DNA of 38,896 nucleotides from Sulfuricurvum sp. (GCA_030679635.1 JAUXSZ010000177.1:1-38896), one strand, 5' to 3'; shown: positions 1 through 10,552, numbered from the stretch's first letter. Notes: a model not told the origin generated them from the sequence alone. Made by a program: numbers and translations.

Positions 1-591
1 GTCTAATCCTGCCTCTTCTAAAAAAAGTGGTTTAAAAAAAGAGTCATCGATACGTATAGGAATACTCCCGTGCTGAAACAGAGCGTGGCGGGTATGACGC
101 TGAGCATTTCCCCCCATCTTTTTCCCCTCAATCACAATGTCATACGCTTGGGTTCCTGCAAGACAGATATCAGAGCGTATTTCATCCCATTGGAGGTCGC
201 ACGCAAATTGAGCCTTATGTCCCAGCTTTTTATACAAAGAGATGAGAAATCCGCATAAATAATGGTAGCCCTCCTTGACCCCTTTTCCCCTCAGCCAATC
301 ACGAGGAATGATGAGGCTGTAGGAGAGGTCTCCTCCATGGACCAAAATACCTCCACCGCTCATACGACGTACACACGGAACATTTTCTGCCTGAATATTC
401 TCCTGATGCAGACTCTTGAAAAAAGTCGAAAAACGTCCCAGACTTAGCGCATTTTCCCATCCATAGAGTCTAAGAATCGGCATATCCCCTTCTTTAAAGC
501 CGCTTAAAAGGGCTTCATCTACCGCCATATTCCACTCTGCCGTTGCGGTATTGGAATTCAGGAGACGCCACGTAGTATGCCTAATCATCAT
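1..591 (-). CDS. Lipoate-protein ligase / octanoyltransferase (LplA/LipM family), 3' end outside the window
   Basis: Not in the ORF track because it runs off the left edge. Manual translation of the minus strand is open to position 1: WRLLNS..AEWNMAVDEALL..PILRLYGW..LSLGRF..VRRMSGGGILVHGGDLSYS..GKKMGGNAQ..LFQHGSI, all LplA/LipM motifs. In-frame ATGs at 609, 591 and 588, so the start is uncertain. Confidence 0.85.
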   Translation of the reverse strand, partial: MMIRHTTWRLLNSNTATAEWNMAVDEALLSGFKEGDMPILRLYGWENALSLGRFSTFFKSLHQENIQAENVPCVRRMSGGGILVHGGDLSYSLIIPRDWLRGKGVKEGYHYLCGFLISLYKKLGHKAQFACDLQWDEIRSDICLAGTQAYDIVIEGKKMGGNAQRHTRHALFQHGSIPIRIDDSFFKPLFLEEAGLD

Positions 592-702
592 TCGCTCTTT
601 GTATCTCATTTTTTTATAAGTAATCTAGAATATACTCTATCTATGATAAATTGTGATCAATTGTACCTTAAAGAACAAAGTTTTAAATAAGGAAGATAGA
701 AA

Positions 703-2454
703 ATGAAAAAAAATTGGATCGAAAAAGATCTGAATACTTTGCCAATCCAACCCAATCTGCTGGATTATGTCAAGGAGCGGGAATCCTTTACATGGGAAGA
801 TGTGGCGGATCAATTAGACGGGTTGCCCTCAGGGGGGTTGAATATCGCCCATGAAGCGATTGACCGACATGCTAATGGCCCCCTCGCCGATAAAACGGCT
901 TTGATATGGCTGGGTGAGCGCGGTGAGAGAAAGTGTTATACCTTTGCCGACATGAAAATACAGAGCGCCAAATTTGCCAATGTCCTCACAACCCTTGGCT
1001 TTTCCAAAGGGGATCGGATTTTCACCCTCTCCACGCGTCTCCCGGAACTCTATATCGCCGCAATAGGGATTCTCAAAAACCGCAGCGTTATGTGCCCCCT
1101 CTTCTCCCAGTTCGGTCCCGAACCTATCTTGCAGCGCCTAAAGCGCGGCGATGCCAAAGCGCTTTTAACGACGCAAGCTCTCTTTGATAAAAAAGTACGC
1201 CCTCTATTGGGAGAGTTGCCGGAACTTCGTACGGTTTTTTTGATTGATGCCCAAGAAGATGAGAGCGATCAGGTGCGTTCCCTTAAGCGGCTGATGGAGA
1301 GTGCATCGGACACCTATGAGATTCTCCCTACCGATCCCGAAGATATGTCCATCCTCCATTTCACCAGCGGCACGACCGGAATGCCCAAGGGGGTGGTGCA
1401 TGTGCACAAAGCAATCTATACCCACTGGATAAGCGGCCAATACGTATTGGACCTCCATGCGAGTGACATTTACTGGTGTACCGCCGATCCGGGTTGGGTC
1501 ACGGGAACCTCGTATGGGATCATCACCCCATGGCTGCACGGGGTAACGAATGTTGTGGACGAAGCGGAGTTCGATGCGGTGCGTTGGTACAGCACGCTTC
1601 AAAATGAGAGGGTCAGTGTCTGGTATACAGCCCCCACGGCAATCCGGAGGCTGATGCGTCTGAATTCAGAGCCAACGAAAGAGTATGATCTCTCACCCTT
1701 GCGCCTTATTCAGAGTGTAGGAGAACCGCTCAATCCTGAAGCGGTGATCTGGGGGATGGAGAAACTGAAAATGCCGATCCATGACAATTGGTGGCAGACA
1801 GAAACAGGGGGGATCATGATTTCCAATTTCCTCTCTCAACAAATTCGCCCCGGTTCTATGGGGCGTCCTCTTCCGGGGATTGAGGCTGGGATTGTGCACC
1901 ACAACGATGACGGTACCGTTACCGAAGTGACGGAACCGCTCAAAGAGGGAGAACTCGCCCTCAAGCCGGGGTGGCCCTCTATGTTTAGGGGATATCTGCA
2001 TGACGATGAACGCTATGCTAAGTCTTTTATCGGAGGATGGTATCTTTCAGGAGACTTGGCTTACAAGGATGAAGACGGCTATTTCTGGTTTGTCGGACGC
2101 TCCGATGATATTATCAAAACCTCCGGCCACATGGTGGGGCCATTTGAAGTCGAAAGCACCCTGATGGAACATCCCAGTGTTGCCGAAGCGGGTGTCATCG
2201 GCAAACCTGATCCGATGATCGGGCAGCTTGTTAAAGCCTTTGTCTCTCTACGGGCCGGATATGAGGCTACCGAAGAACTTCGACGGGAACTGATTGGTTT
2301 TGGGCGTAAGAGACTGGGGTCTGCAGTGGCACCCAAAGAGATAGAGTTTATTGAGAATCTACCAAAAACGAGAAGCGGAAAAATCATGCGCCGGTTGCTA
2401 AAATCGAGAGAGATGGGATTGCCTGAGGGCGATATCTCTACGTTGGAAGATTAA
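703..2454 (+). CDS. acsA: Acetate--CoA ligase / acyl-adenylate-forming enzyme
   Basis: AMP-binding motif [32 protein letters not shown] and C-terminal [12 protein letters not shown]; AAGGA RBS upstream. Confidence 0.9.
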   Translation: MKKNWIEKDLNTLPIQPNLLDYVKERESFTWEDVADQLDGLPSGGLNIAHEAIDRHANGPLADKTALIWLGERGERKCYTFADMKIQSAKFANVLTTLGFSKGDRIFTLSTRLPELYIAAIGILKNRSVMCPLFSQFGPEPILQRLKRGDAKALLTTQALFDKKVRPLLGELPELRTVFLIDAQEDESDQVRSLKRLMESASDTYEILPTDPEDMSILHFTSGTTGMPKGVVHVHKAIYTHWISGQYVLDLHASDIYWCTADPGWVTGTSYGIITPWLHGVTNVVDEAEFDAVRWYSTLQNERVSVWYTAPTAIRRLMRLNSEPTKEYDLSPLRLIQSVGEPLNPEAVIWGMEKLKMPIHDNWWQTETGGIMISNFLSQQIRPGSMGRPLPGIEAGIVHHNDDGTVTEVTEPLKEGELALKPGWPSMFRGYLHDDERYAKSFIGGWYLSGDLAYKDEDGYFWFVGRSDDIIKTSGHMVGPFEVESTLMEHPSVAEAGVIGKPDPMIGQLVKAFVSLRAGYEATEELRRELIGFGRKRLGSAVAPKEIEFIENLPKTRSGKIMRRLLKSREMGLPEGDISTLED

Positions 2455-2460
2455 AAGGAG

Positions 2461-3417
2461 ATGGCAATGGAGTTAGATTTAGCGAGAGAATTTTATCGGA
2501 AGATGCTTTTAATCCGGCGATTTGAAGAAAAGTGCGTGGAACTGTACAGCAAAGAAAAAATTCGAGGTTTTTTGCATCTCTATATCGGAGAAGAAGCCAT
2601 CGCCGTGGGTATCATGGATGCCCTGAGCCCTGAAGATGCCGTTTTTACGACTTATCGTGATCATGGACAAGCCCTCGCGCGTGGAATTCAACCGAACCGT
2701 ATTCTGGCCGAGATGTACGGCAAGGTGGAAGGATGTTCACGCGGGCGCGGCGGTTCCATGCATTTGTTCGACGCTCACACCCATTTTTACGGCGGAAACG
2801 CTATTGTCGCAGGAGGATTGCCACTGGCTGTGGGGATGGCGCTGGCCGACAAGATGATGAAACGCAACAGGGTCACGGTTTGCATCTTCGGTGACGGTGC
2901 CGTGGCAGAGGGGGAGTTCCATGAATCTTTGAATCTTGCCGCTTTGTGGCATCTTCCGGTCCTCTTCGTCTGTGAAAACAACGGTTACGCGATGGGGACT
3001 GCTCTGGAATTCACCGAGTCGGAAACGAATATTTCTCTCAAGGCGGCGGCCTACCGTATTTCCTCCCGACAGGTGGATGGGATGGATGTCGTAGCGGTGG
3101 CAGAAGCGGCCCAAGAAGCGGTTTCCGAGATTCGTGCAGGCAACGGTCCGGTATTCATCGAATGCCTCACCTACCGTTTTCGGGCCCACTCTATGTTCGA
3201 TGCCGAACGTTACCGCGAAAAATCGGAGGTGGAGGAGTGGAAGAAAAAAGATCCTCTGCTCCTGTTGCATCAGCGTTTTCCGAATATTGATATTGATAAA
3301 TATGAAACTGAGATTGTCCAAATTATTGACGAAGCGGTTGACTTTGCCGAAAACGGTACGTTGGAATCCATTGATGATCTTGAAAAATTTGTCTATTCCT
3401 GCGAGGTAATACCATGA
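2461..3417 (+). CDS. pdhA: Pyruvate dehydrogenase-like E1 alpha subunit
   Basis: [21 protein letters not shown] motif [16 protein letters not shown]. Confidence 0.92.
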   Translation: MAMELDLAREFYRKMLLIRRFEEKCVELYSKEKIRGFLHLYIGEEAIAVGIMDALSPEDAVFTTYRDHGQALARGIQPNRILAEMYGKVEGCSRGRGGSMHLFDAHTHFYGGNAIVAGGLPLAVGMALADKMMKRNRVTVCIFGDGAVAEGEFHESLNLAALWHLPVLFVCENNGYAMGTALEFTESETNISLKAAAYRISSRQVDGMDVVAVAEAAQEAVSEIRAGNGPVFIECLTYRFRAHSMFDAERYREKSEVEEWKKKDPLLLLHQRFPNIDIDKYETEIVQIIDEAVDFAENGTLESIDDLEKFVYSCEVIP

Positions 3418-4397
3418 GTGAAAAAATAACCTATCGTGAAGCGGTACGCAAAGGGATCCGTGAAGCGATGGAAAACGACAAACGGGTCTTTTTGATGGGG
3501 GAAGATGTCGGCCACTACGGCGGCAGCTATGCCGTAAGTATGGGGTTTTTGGAACTCTTCGGCTCTGAGCGGATCATTGATACCCCATTGTCCGAATCGG
3601 CCTTTACCGGTGCGGGGATCGGTGCCGCTTTGGGTGGGATGCGCCCTATCGTGGAGATCATGACGGTGAATTTCAGCCTGCTGGCACTTGATCAGATCAT
3701 GAACAATGCGGCGACCCTGCTCCATATGTCGGGCGGACAATTCAACGTCCCTCTGGTCATCCGAATGGCCACGGGAGGGGGTAAACAGCTGGCTGCACAA
3801 CATTCTCACTCTCTCGAGGGATTGTATGCCCACATACCAGGGCTCAAAGTGCTCATCCCAGCCACTGTGCAGGATGCCTACGATATGGTAGCTCTGGCCC
3901 TTGCCGACCCCGATCCGGTACTGATCTTCGAAAACGTTATGCTCTATAACATCAAAGGGGAGTTAGATACAGAGGCTCTCCCTTTGGTTATCGGGAAAGC
4001 CAAAACAGAGCGAACGGGCAAAGATCTTACCATCCTAACCTACGGAATCAGTCTCTTCAAAGCACTTGAAGCGGCCGAAATCCTATCGTCAGAGGGGATT
4101 GATGCCGAAGTGATCGATTTGCGCTCTCTGCGTCCGCTGGATGATGAAACCATCATGAACTCGGTAGCCAAAACACATCGGGTTATGATCGTCGATGAGG
4201 GGTGGAAATCGGGCAGCATCTCTGCTGAAATCATGGCCAGAATCAACGAACAAGCCTTTTTCGAACTGGATGCCCCGATGGGGAGGGTCTGCACTGTCGA
4301 GGTCCCTATCCCCTACGCCAGCCATCTCGAACAAGCAGCCCTTCCCAGCACTGAAAAGATTGTCACAATGGGACGAAAACTAATGGAGAAATCATGA
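3414..4397 (+). CDS. pdhB: Pyruvate dehydrogenase-like E1 beta subunit
   Basis: [27 protein letters not shown]; ATGA overlap with pdhA. Confidence 0.92.
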   Translation: MSEKITYREAVRKGIREAMENDKRVFLMGEDVGHYGGSYAVSMGFLELFGSERIIDTPLSESAFTGAGIGAALGGMRPIVEIMTVNFSLLALDQIMNNAATLLHMSGGQFNVPLVIRMATGGGKQLAAQHSHSLEGLYAHIPGLKVLIPATVQDAYDMVALALADPDPVLIFENVMLYNIKGELDTEALPLVIGKAKTERTGKDLTILTYGISLFKALEAAEILSSEGIDAEVIDLRSLRPLDDETIMNSVAKTHRVMIVDEGWKSGSISAEIMARINEQAFFELDAPMGRVCTVEVPIPYASHLEQAALPSTEKIVTMGRKLMEKS

Positions 4398-5482
4398 GCG
4401 AATTTGTAATGCCCAGCCTGGGCGCCGATATGGAATCCGCCGTCCTAATGGAATGGCACGTTAAAGAGGGTGATCACGTCACCAAGGGGCAAGTGATCGC
4501 TGAGGTTGAAACGAGTAAAGGGGTCATCGAAATAGAAGTATTTGAAGAGGGGATCGTAGACAAAATACTGGTAAAAGAGGAAACAGAATGTGCTGTTGGA
4601 ACACCTTTGGCGCTTATCCGTACCGTTGGGGAAACTCCTGCTGCGGATGCTCCGCCTAGCAGCCAACGGATCAAAGCTTCCCCTGCCGCCCGTAGAAAGG
4701 CAAAAGAGATGGGAATAGAGATTGCAACCTTAGCCGCGGCTGGAGGAGAAGTTCGTTTGGAACAGGTTGCAGCCGTCGCTGAAACTTCCCCGGAAATCGT
4801 TCCAAAAGTGGTTGCCCCAGACGGTATGCGCCAAGCCATTGCCAGAGCTATGAGCCGCTCTAATGCCGAGATTCCCCATTATTATCTCTCGACATCGATC
4901 AACATGACACCGGCCCTCAAATGGCTCGAAGGATTCAATGCTGCGCGGACCATTCAAGAACGTATCCTCCCCGCAGCACTGCTGATACGTGCTGTCGTAC
5001 GGGCACTGCAGGAAGTCCCTGAGTTGAACGGTTTCTGGCAGGATGATGAGCATCATGTAAGCGTTGCTATTCATCCCGGCATTGCGATAGCCCTGCGCAA
5101 AGGGGGATTGATCACCCCGGCGCTGATCAATGCACAGGAGATGGGGCTTGATGAGACGATGCATTCGCTGGGAGATCTGATTTCCCGCACCCGCTCCGGC
5201 AAACTGCGCAATACCGAGATAACGCAGCAGACGATTACCATTACGAATCTCGGCGATTTAGGGGTAGAAAGCGTCTTCGGCGTCATCTACCCTCCTCAGG
5301 TTGCACTGGTAGGATTGGGGCGTATTATGGATGCCCCGTGGGCGGAGGGTGATACTCTCTCGGTACGCAAGGTAATGCAGGCGACGCTGGCCGGTGATCA
5401 CCGCGCGACCGACGGCCGTACCGGGGGGCTGTTTCTGGATAAGTTAAACCAAATTTTACAAAAACCGGAGGAGTTACTATGA
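4394..5482 (+). CDS. pdhC: Dihydrolipoamide acyltransferase E2 with a single lipoyl domain
   Basis: Lipoyl domain ([15 protein letters not shown]), short ASPAARR peripheral-subunit-binding segment, catalytic DHRATDG (HxxxDG). Confidence 0.9.
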   Translation: MSEFVMPSLGADMESAVLMEWHVKEGDHVTKGQVIAEVETSKGVIEIEVFEEGIVDKILVKEETECAVGTPLALIRTVGETPAADAPPSSQRIKASPAARRKAKEMGIEIATLAAAGGEVRLEQVAAVAETSPEIVPKVVAPDGMRQAIARAMSRSNAEIPHYYLSTSINMTPALKWLEGFNAARTIQERILPAALLIRAVVRALQEVPELNGFWQDDEHHVSVAIHPGIAIALRKGGLITPALINAQEMGLDETMHSLGDLISRTRSGKLRNTEITQQTITITNLGDLGVESVFGVIYPPQVALVGLGRIMDAPWAEGDTLSVRKVMQATLAGDHRATDGRTGGLFLDKLNQILQKPEELL

Positions 5483-5727
5483 CAAAAGAAGAAATTAAAC
5501 AGGCTATTATCGGTCAAATACTGGAGATTGCCCCGGATATCGACGAAGGGGAGATTGTCTCTGATGAAAATTTGCAACGCTCGCTTGGGATTGACTCGTT
5601 TGATTTTTTAAAAATATTGACCGCCCTGAATGAGGTGCTTTACGTCGAAGTCCCTGAGGCGGATTATTCAAAGGTGGATACACTGGAACACATGGCGGAG
5701 TATTTTGCACAGCGGATCAAATCCTGA
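5479..5727 (+). CDS. Acyl carrier protein
   Basis: 82 aa, very acidic, LGIDSFD phosphopantetheine attachment motif; ATGA overlap with pdhC. Confidence 0.88.
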   Translation: MTKEEIKQAIIGQILEIAPDIDEGEIVSDENLQRSLGIDSFDFLKILTALNEVLYVEVPEADYSKVDTLEHMAEYFAQRIKS

Positions 5728-5816
5728 GTAAACACTATATTTCTTAGCCAATTGTAAAGATTAAATTAACATTTATTAATGTAATATAATACAAGTTACT
5801 CGAATAGGGTTTAACG

Positions 5817-7148
5817 ATGAAAAAAAATAGTATCATTAATTTAAACAGCGTATGGATAGGTATATTGATCGTAAGTGCTGTAGGTGTACTTGGATTATTT
5901 CACGCCATGAGTGCTCCGGGATCTTTTTTTGTATGGTTTCACACAATCGGATTGCTGGTTCTTCTCTATTTCATCCGTTTTATTGCAGAGGGAAACAAAC
6001 ATTTTATCAGCAGAGAAATAGACTCTAGTATTGTTAAATTTTCTCCTGATGCCATTATCACGATATCCCCTGATGGGACAATTTTGACGTGGAATGCTTC
6101 TGCTGAGAAACTGTTCGGCTACACAATGGATGAGGCTATTGGAAAACCGATCGCTTTCCTCTATAATCTCGATTGGGTAACTAAAGAAGCTGAAATTCGT
6201 AATCATATTATGGAAGGAGCCTCTTTCCAACAATTAGAGACGGTATTTATCGCCAAAAATGGCAGTGAGGTAAATGTTTCGATTTCCCTCTCACCCCTTA
6301 AAGACTCAAATGACAACATTATCGGTCTCTCAAAAATCATTCGCGATATTACCGATAAAAAACGCTCCGAAAATGAGATTCGCACCCTCAATGCCGAACT
6401 GGAGCGCAAAGTAATAGAACGGACAACCGCGCTTCAAAACGCCTATGATGAAATGGAGGCATTCACCTACTCGGTCTCTCATGATCTGCGTTCCCCTCTT
6501 CGTGCGACTGATGGCTTTTCGCAGGCACTTCTCGAAGACTATGGTGACAAGCTTGATACAACGGCACAGGACTACCTCGCCCGTATCAGGTCGGCGAGTC
6601 AAAAGATGGGTGGGCTGATCGATGATCTACTACAACTTTCCCGTCAGACCCGTACAACCATGGTTCCCTCTACCATCGATCTTGGAATCATCGCGCGTCA
6701 AATCATCTCTGAGCTAACCCAGCAGGAGCCTGAGCGGAATATTGAAGTCGTTATCGGTAACGATATGAGCGCCTATGCCGATGCCAACCTAATGCGCATA
6801 GCATTGGATAATTTACTCGGTAATGCGTGGAAATATACTTCACAGCATTCTGATACTAAAATCGAATTTGGCTCAATGACACAAAACGGTGAAAAAGTTT
6901 TTTATATCCGAGATAACGGTGCCGGTTTTGATATGGCCTATGTCGAAAAACTTTTTAAACCGTTTCAGCGTCTTCATACGGTTCAGGAATTTGCCGGCAA
7001 TGGAATCGGATTGGCAATGGTGTATCGGATTATCAAGCGGCATCTTGGCCGCGTATGGGCAGAGGGTGAGATTGATAAAGGGGCCACTTTCTTTTTTACC
7101 ATGGGACTTAGCGAATCAACCTATCAACACATGGAGGAACAATCATGA
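5817..7148 (+). CDS. Membrane-anchored PAS sensor histidine kinase
   Basis: Two N-terminal hydrophobic helices, PAS/PAC (WNASAEKLFGY..RDITDKK), H-box YSVSHDLRSPL, NLLGNAWKY, DNGAGF, GNGIGL. Confidence 0.93.
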   Translation: MKKNSIINLNSVWIGILIVSAVGVLGLFHAMSAPGSFFVWFHTIGLLVLLYFIRFIAEGNKHFISREIDSSIVKFSPDAIITISPDGTILTWNASAEKLFGYTMDEAIGKPIAFLYNLDWVTKEAEIRNHIMEGASFQQLETVFIAKNGSEVNVSISLSPLKDSNDNIIGLSKIIRDITDKKRSENEIRTLNAELERKVIERTTALQNAYDEMEAFTYSVSHDLRSPLRATDGFSQALLEDYGDKLDTTAQDYLARIRSASQKMGGLIDDLLQLSRQTRTTMVPSTIDLGIIARQIISELTQQEPERNIEVVIGNDMSAYADANLMRIALDNLLGNAWKYTSQHSDTKIEFGSMTQNGEKVFYIRDNGAGFDMAYVEKLFKPFQRLHTVQEFAGNGIGLAMVYRIIKRHLGRVWAEGEIDKGATFFFTMGLSESTYQHMEEQS

Positions 7149-7585
7149 CAAAGAAATATATTTTACTGGTGGAAGACAATCCAGATGACGTAATGCTCAC
7201 ACTTCGTGCACTAGAACAAGGGCATGTGATTAACAATGTGATAGTCGCTGAAGATGGAGCCAAAGCGTTGGACTTTTTGTTTGGGAAGGGGGAATTTGAA
7301 GGACGCGATACAGCAGATCGCCCAGGGCTTATTTTACTCGATTTGAAACTGCCGAAAGTGGGAGGTTTTGAGGTCCTCGATGCGATCAAAAAAGATCCGC
7401 TTTTCAAAAGGGTTCCCGTCGTTATTCTAACGTCGTCACGTCAGGAAGAGGATGTCGTGCGCGGCTATGATCTGGGAGCGAACAGCTACATTCGAAAACC
7501 GGTCAATTTTGACACTTTTGTCGAAACTGTTAAACAAATCGGGATGTATTGGTTATTAACCAATGAAGCGCCTGAGGCTTCATAG
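7145..7585 (+). CDS. Single-domain response regulator (Rcp1-like)
   Basis: ILLVEDNPDD, LILLDLKLP, ILTSS, ANSYIRKP. Confidence 0.93.
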   Translation: MTKKYILLVEDNPDDVMLTLRALEQGHVINNVIVAEDGAKALDFLFGKGEFEGRDTADRPGLILLDLKLPKVGGFEVLDAIKKDPLFKRVPVVILTSSRQEEDVVRGYDLGANSYIRKPVNFDTFVETVKQIGMYWLLTNEAPEAS

Positions 7586-7587
7586 TA

Positions 7588-9879
7588 ATGAAAAAAGAAT
7601 TACTTCGCGTTTTGGTCATTGAGGATTCTGAAGACGATACCCTGTTACTTGAACGGGAGCTAAAACAGGGAGAATGGGAGATTACTATGCTCCGTGTCGA
7701 TACCTCTGAAAAGATGAAAGAAGTGCTAAGCAGTACTACATGGGATGTTGTTATCTCCGATTATATGATCCCTGGATTTGGCGGGATGGAAGCGTTAAAA
7801 TTATTTAATACTTTTCATCTTGATATCCCTTTTATCCTTATTTCCGGAAAGATCACCGAAGAGATGGCAGTCATTGCACTACAAGAGGGGGCTCAGGATT
7901 TTGTTATCAAACAAAATTTTGCCCGTCTATTACCCGCAATCCGACGAGGGATAGATCATGTCAATATACTCTCTGAAAAGCGTAGAGCACTTGAGCATCT
8001 TCACGACAGCGAGGAAAAATTTCACAGTATCACCGCTTCTGCTCAGGATGCCATTATCATGATTGACGATGAGGGGAAGATTTCCTATTGGAATGAGGCA
8101 GCCGAAAGAATCTTTGGCTATCCGGTGCGAGAAGTAATAGGGCTGTCATTACATACACTCATCGCACCTGAGCGGTATCTTGCAGCCCACAACATAGCTT
8201 TCAGCCATTTCAAAAATACCGGGGAAGGTCCACTTATTGGTAAAACCCTCGAACTGGTGGCACTAAAAAAAGACGGAACGGAATTTCCTGTAGAGCTGTC
8301 GCTATCGGCAGTCATGAGAGATGGACACTGGAATGCTATCGGCATCATCCGCGACATCACCGAACGCAAAGATTCTGAAGAGCGCCTGAAGCTCTTTCGC
8401 ACACTCCTAGACCATTCCAGTGACGCTATCGAGGTGATGGAACCCTCATCAATGCGTTTTTTGGATGTAAATGATACGGACTGTCATATATTGGGCTATA
8501 CTCGTGAAGAGATGCTCTCGATGAGCGTTTTTGACATTGATCCGGTATTCGACGCAGAAAGTGCCAAAGCAATCGAGGAGCAGCTCAGCAAATCGGGGAG
8601 CGTCAATTTCGAAACGGTCCACCGGCGCAAGGACGGCTCTACGTTCCCAGTGGAAGTCAGCACCAAATTAATTGAACTCGATAAACCCTACATGCTGAGC
8701 ATCGTACGCGACATCACCGAACGCAAGCAGTCCGAAGAAACATTGCGTCGCGCTAACCGTGCCCTCAAAACGCTTTCAGCAGGCAATGAGGCACTGATAC
8801 GGGCTGAGAATGAGGATACACTGCTCCGATCAGTCACAAGTATTATTGTAGAACAGGGCAGTTACAGCCTAGCGGTGGTCGACTATGCCGAAAATGATCC
8901 CCAAAAGAGCATCACCCCTATGGCTTGGTCAGGTTTAAAAGAGGAACATTACTGGGCAAAGAATCTCAGCTGGGCTGACACCGAACAAGGACAATTGCCA
9001 ATATCCAAAGTGATACGAACCGGAAAGACACAGATCTGCCGCGACATCGCCAGCGAAGACGGATTCAATCCCTATAAAGACGCCGCACGCTCACACGGCT
9101 ATGTATCCAACATTGCACTGCCCCTTTCCTACGAAGGGAAGACTTTCGGTGCGCTAAGCATCTACTCATCCATTTCGGAACCCTTCGATGAAGAGGAGGT
9201 CCGTCTCCTGGAGGAACTGGCCAACGATCTCGCCTACGGCATTATCACCTTGCGTGCCCGTATCGAGCATGATCAACAGACAGTGCTCCTGCGCCAGAGT
9301 CTTGAACAGTCTATCCAGACCATCGCAGCCATCGTGGAAGCGCGCGACCCCTATACAGCCGGCCATCAACGGCGTGTCGGCGAATTGGCGACGGCCATCG
9401 CGCAGGAAATGGGCTTGAGCGAAGAGCAGGTTCAAGGGATCCATTTTGCCGCCATCATTCACGATCTCGGAAAAATCCACGTTCCGGCGGAAATTCTCTC
9501 TAAACCCGGCAAGCTCAACGACATAGAATACATGCTCATCCAGACTCACCCGCAGGCAGGATATGACATCTTGAAAGATGTCAAATTTCCATGGCCGATT
9601 GCCGACATTATCTTGCAGCATCATGAAAAACTGGACGGCTCAGGCTACCCTAAAGGGCTCAAAGAAAATCAGATCCGGCTCGAAGCGAAGATTATCACCG
9701 TAGCCGACGTGGTGGAAGCGATGTCATCGCACCGCCCTTATCGTTCGGCATTAGGGATCGAATCGGCCTTTGATGAGATTAGACGCGGCCGGGGAAGTGA
9801 GTATGACCCCTCCGTCGTTGATGCCTGCTTGAAGCTCTTCGCAGAAAAAAGGTTTGCATTCAGTAACGAATCTTTATAG
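7588..9879 (+). CDS. REC-PAS-PAS-GAF-HD-GYP cyclic di-GMP phosphodiesterase
   Basis: REC (VIEDSEDD..ISDYMIP), two PAS/PAC units ending RDITERK, GAF (NIALPL..FGALSIYS), HD-GYP (RDPYTAGH, HDLGK, HHEKLDGSGYP). Confidence 0.92.
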   Translation: MKKELLRVLVIEDSEDDTLLLERELKQGEWEITMLRVDTSEKMKEVLSSTTWDVVISDYMIPGFGGMEALKLFNTFHLDIPFILISGKITEEMAVIALQEGAQDFVIKQNFARLLPAIRRGIDHVNILSEKRRALEHLHDSEEKFHSITASAQDAIIMIDDEGKISYWNEAAERIFGYPVREVIGLSLHTLIAPERYLAAHNIAFSHFKNTGEGPLIGKTLELVALKKDGTEFPVELSLSAVMRDGHWNAIGIIRDITERKDSEERLKLFRTLLDHSSDAIEVMEPSSMRFLDVNDTDCHILGYTREEMLSMSVFDIDPVFDAESAKAIEEQLSKSGSVNFETVHRRKDGSTFPVEVSTKLIELDKPYMLSIVRDITERKQSEETLRRANRALKTLSAGNEALIRAENEDTLLRSVTSIIVEQGSYSLAVVDYAENDPQKSITPMAWSGLKEEHYWAKNLSWADTEQGQLPISKVIRTGKTQICRDIASEDGFNPYKDAARSHGYVSNIALPLSYEGKTFGALSIYSSISEPFDEEEVRLLEELANDLAYGIITLRARIEHDQQTVLLRQSLEQSIQTIAAIVEARDPYTAGHQRRVGELATAIAQEMGLSEEQVQGIHFAAIIHDLGKIHVPAEILSKPGKLNDIEYMLIQTHPQAGYDILKDVKFPWPIADIILQHHEKLDGSGYPKGLKENQIRLEAKIITVADVVEAMSSHRPYRSALGIESAFDEIRRGRGSEYDPSVVDACLKLFAEKRFAFSNESL
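8350..8726 (+). repeat. Exact 20-bp direct repeat CGCGACATCACCGAACGCAA at 8350-8369 and 8707-8726
   Basis: Read directly; both copies encode the RDITER(K) PAC terminus and bracket the second PAS domain. Confidence 0.85.
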
Positions 9880-9893
9880 GGATGCAATTTTTT

Positions 9894-10316
9894 TCACCCC
9901 TCACCGCCATTCACCTTTCCCCGCATCTTCTTGATATTCACAGGGTTTGTTTTGCTGTCCATCATTTTTTTTTGTGAATTCCTCGTCGGTTTGGTCGCCT
10001 TCCGTTTTTTTTGGATGACGGTGGCACTCTTGATGAGCTCTCTCAGCCGCTCCAGTGCTGCTTCTTTGTTCTCCTCATGAGAACGGGACTCCTGGGATTT
10101 GATGTTGATAATCCCCTCTTTTGTTATCCGATGATCGGTTAGGGCTAAGAGGCGTTCTTTGACCATATCGGGAAGTGACGAAGCGTTGATGTCGAAGCGC
10201 AAATGGATCGCCGTGGAAAGCTTGTTGACATTCTGCCCGCCTGGACCTTGAGAGCGTATGGCGGTGATCTCAATCTCGGAGTCGGGAATGGTTACAGTGT
10301 TTGATATTTGCAGCAT
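9894..10316 (-). CDS. arfB: Alternative ribosome rescue peptidyl-tRNA hydrolase ArfB
   Basis: IRSQGPGGQNVNK (GGQ motif), compact RF domain, basic C-terminal tail ending MRGKV. Confidence 0.93.
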   Translation of the reverse strand: MLQISNTVTIPDSEIEITAIRSQGPGGQNVNKLSTAIHLRFDINASSLPDMVKERLLALTDHRITKEGIINIKSQESRSHEENKEAALERLRELIKSATVIQKKRKATKPTRNSQKKMMDSKTNPVNIKKMRGKVNGGEG

Positions 10317-10469
10317 GATGTAACGTTGACCCTATTTTAATTTTTCATGAGCGTAGCGAATTATTGCAAAAACTGGAGATAAACTATGTCCCTAGATAAC
10401 GCAAGCCTTTATGTTTAGCGTGTGTACAAAATAGAAATTGTTTGTTTTTGAGATAAACTTATTATTTTT

Positions 10470-10478
10470 TGGTACAAT
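10470..10478 (+). promoter_or_regulatory. Putative extended -10 promoter (TGGTACAAT)
   Basis: TGn + TACAAT in an AT-rich divergent intergenic region, about 75 bp upstream of the 10553 start. Confidence 0.4.
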
Positions 10479-10552
10479 AAATTAACTGGAGTTTTTAAGT
10501 GTATCTATTTTAGAAGATATAGTTTGCCAGATTATTTAAAAGAGGGGTTACC

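Noticed and set aside
100-435. Possible frameshifts at homopolymer runs in the lipoate ligase gene
   Set aside because: Counting the C6, A6 and A5 runs shows the frame stays open; not a pseudogene within the window.
70-447. Plus-strand ORFs 70-258 and 262-447
   Set aside because: They are antisense to the lipoate ligase frame, which has clear family motifs.
641-665. FNR/CRP-like box upstream of acsA
   Set aside because: Only the ATCAA half-site is present; there is no TTGAT at the correct spacing.
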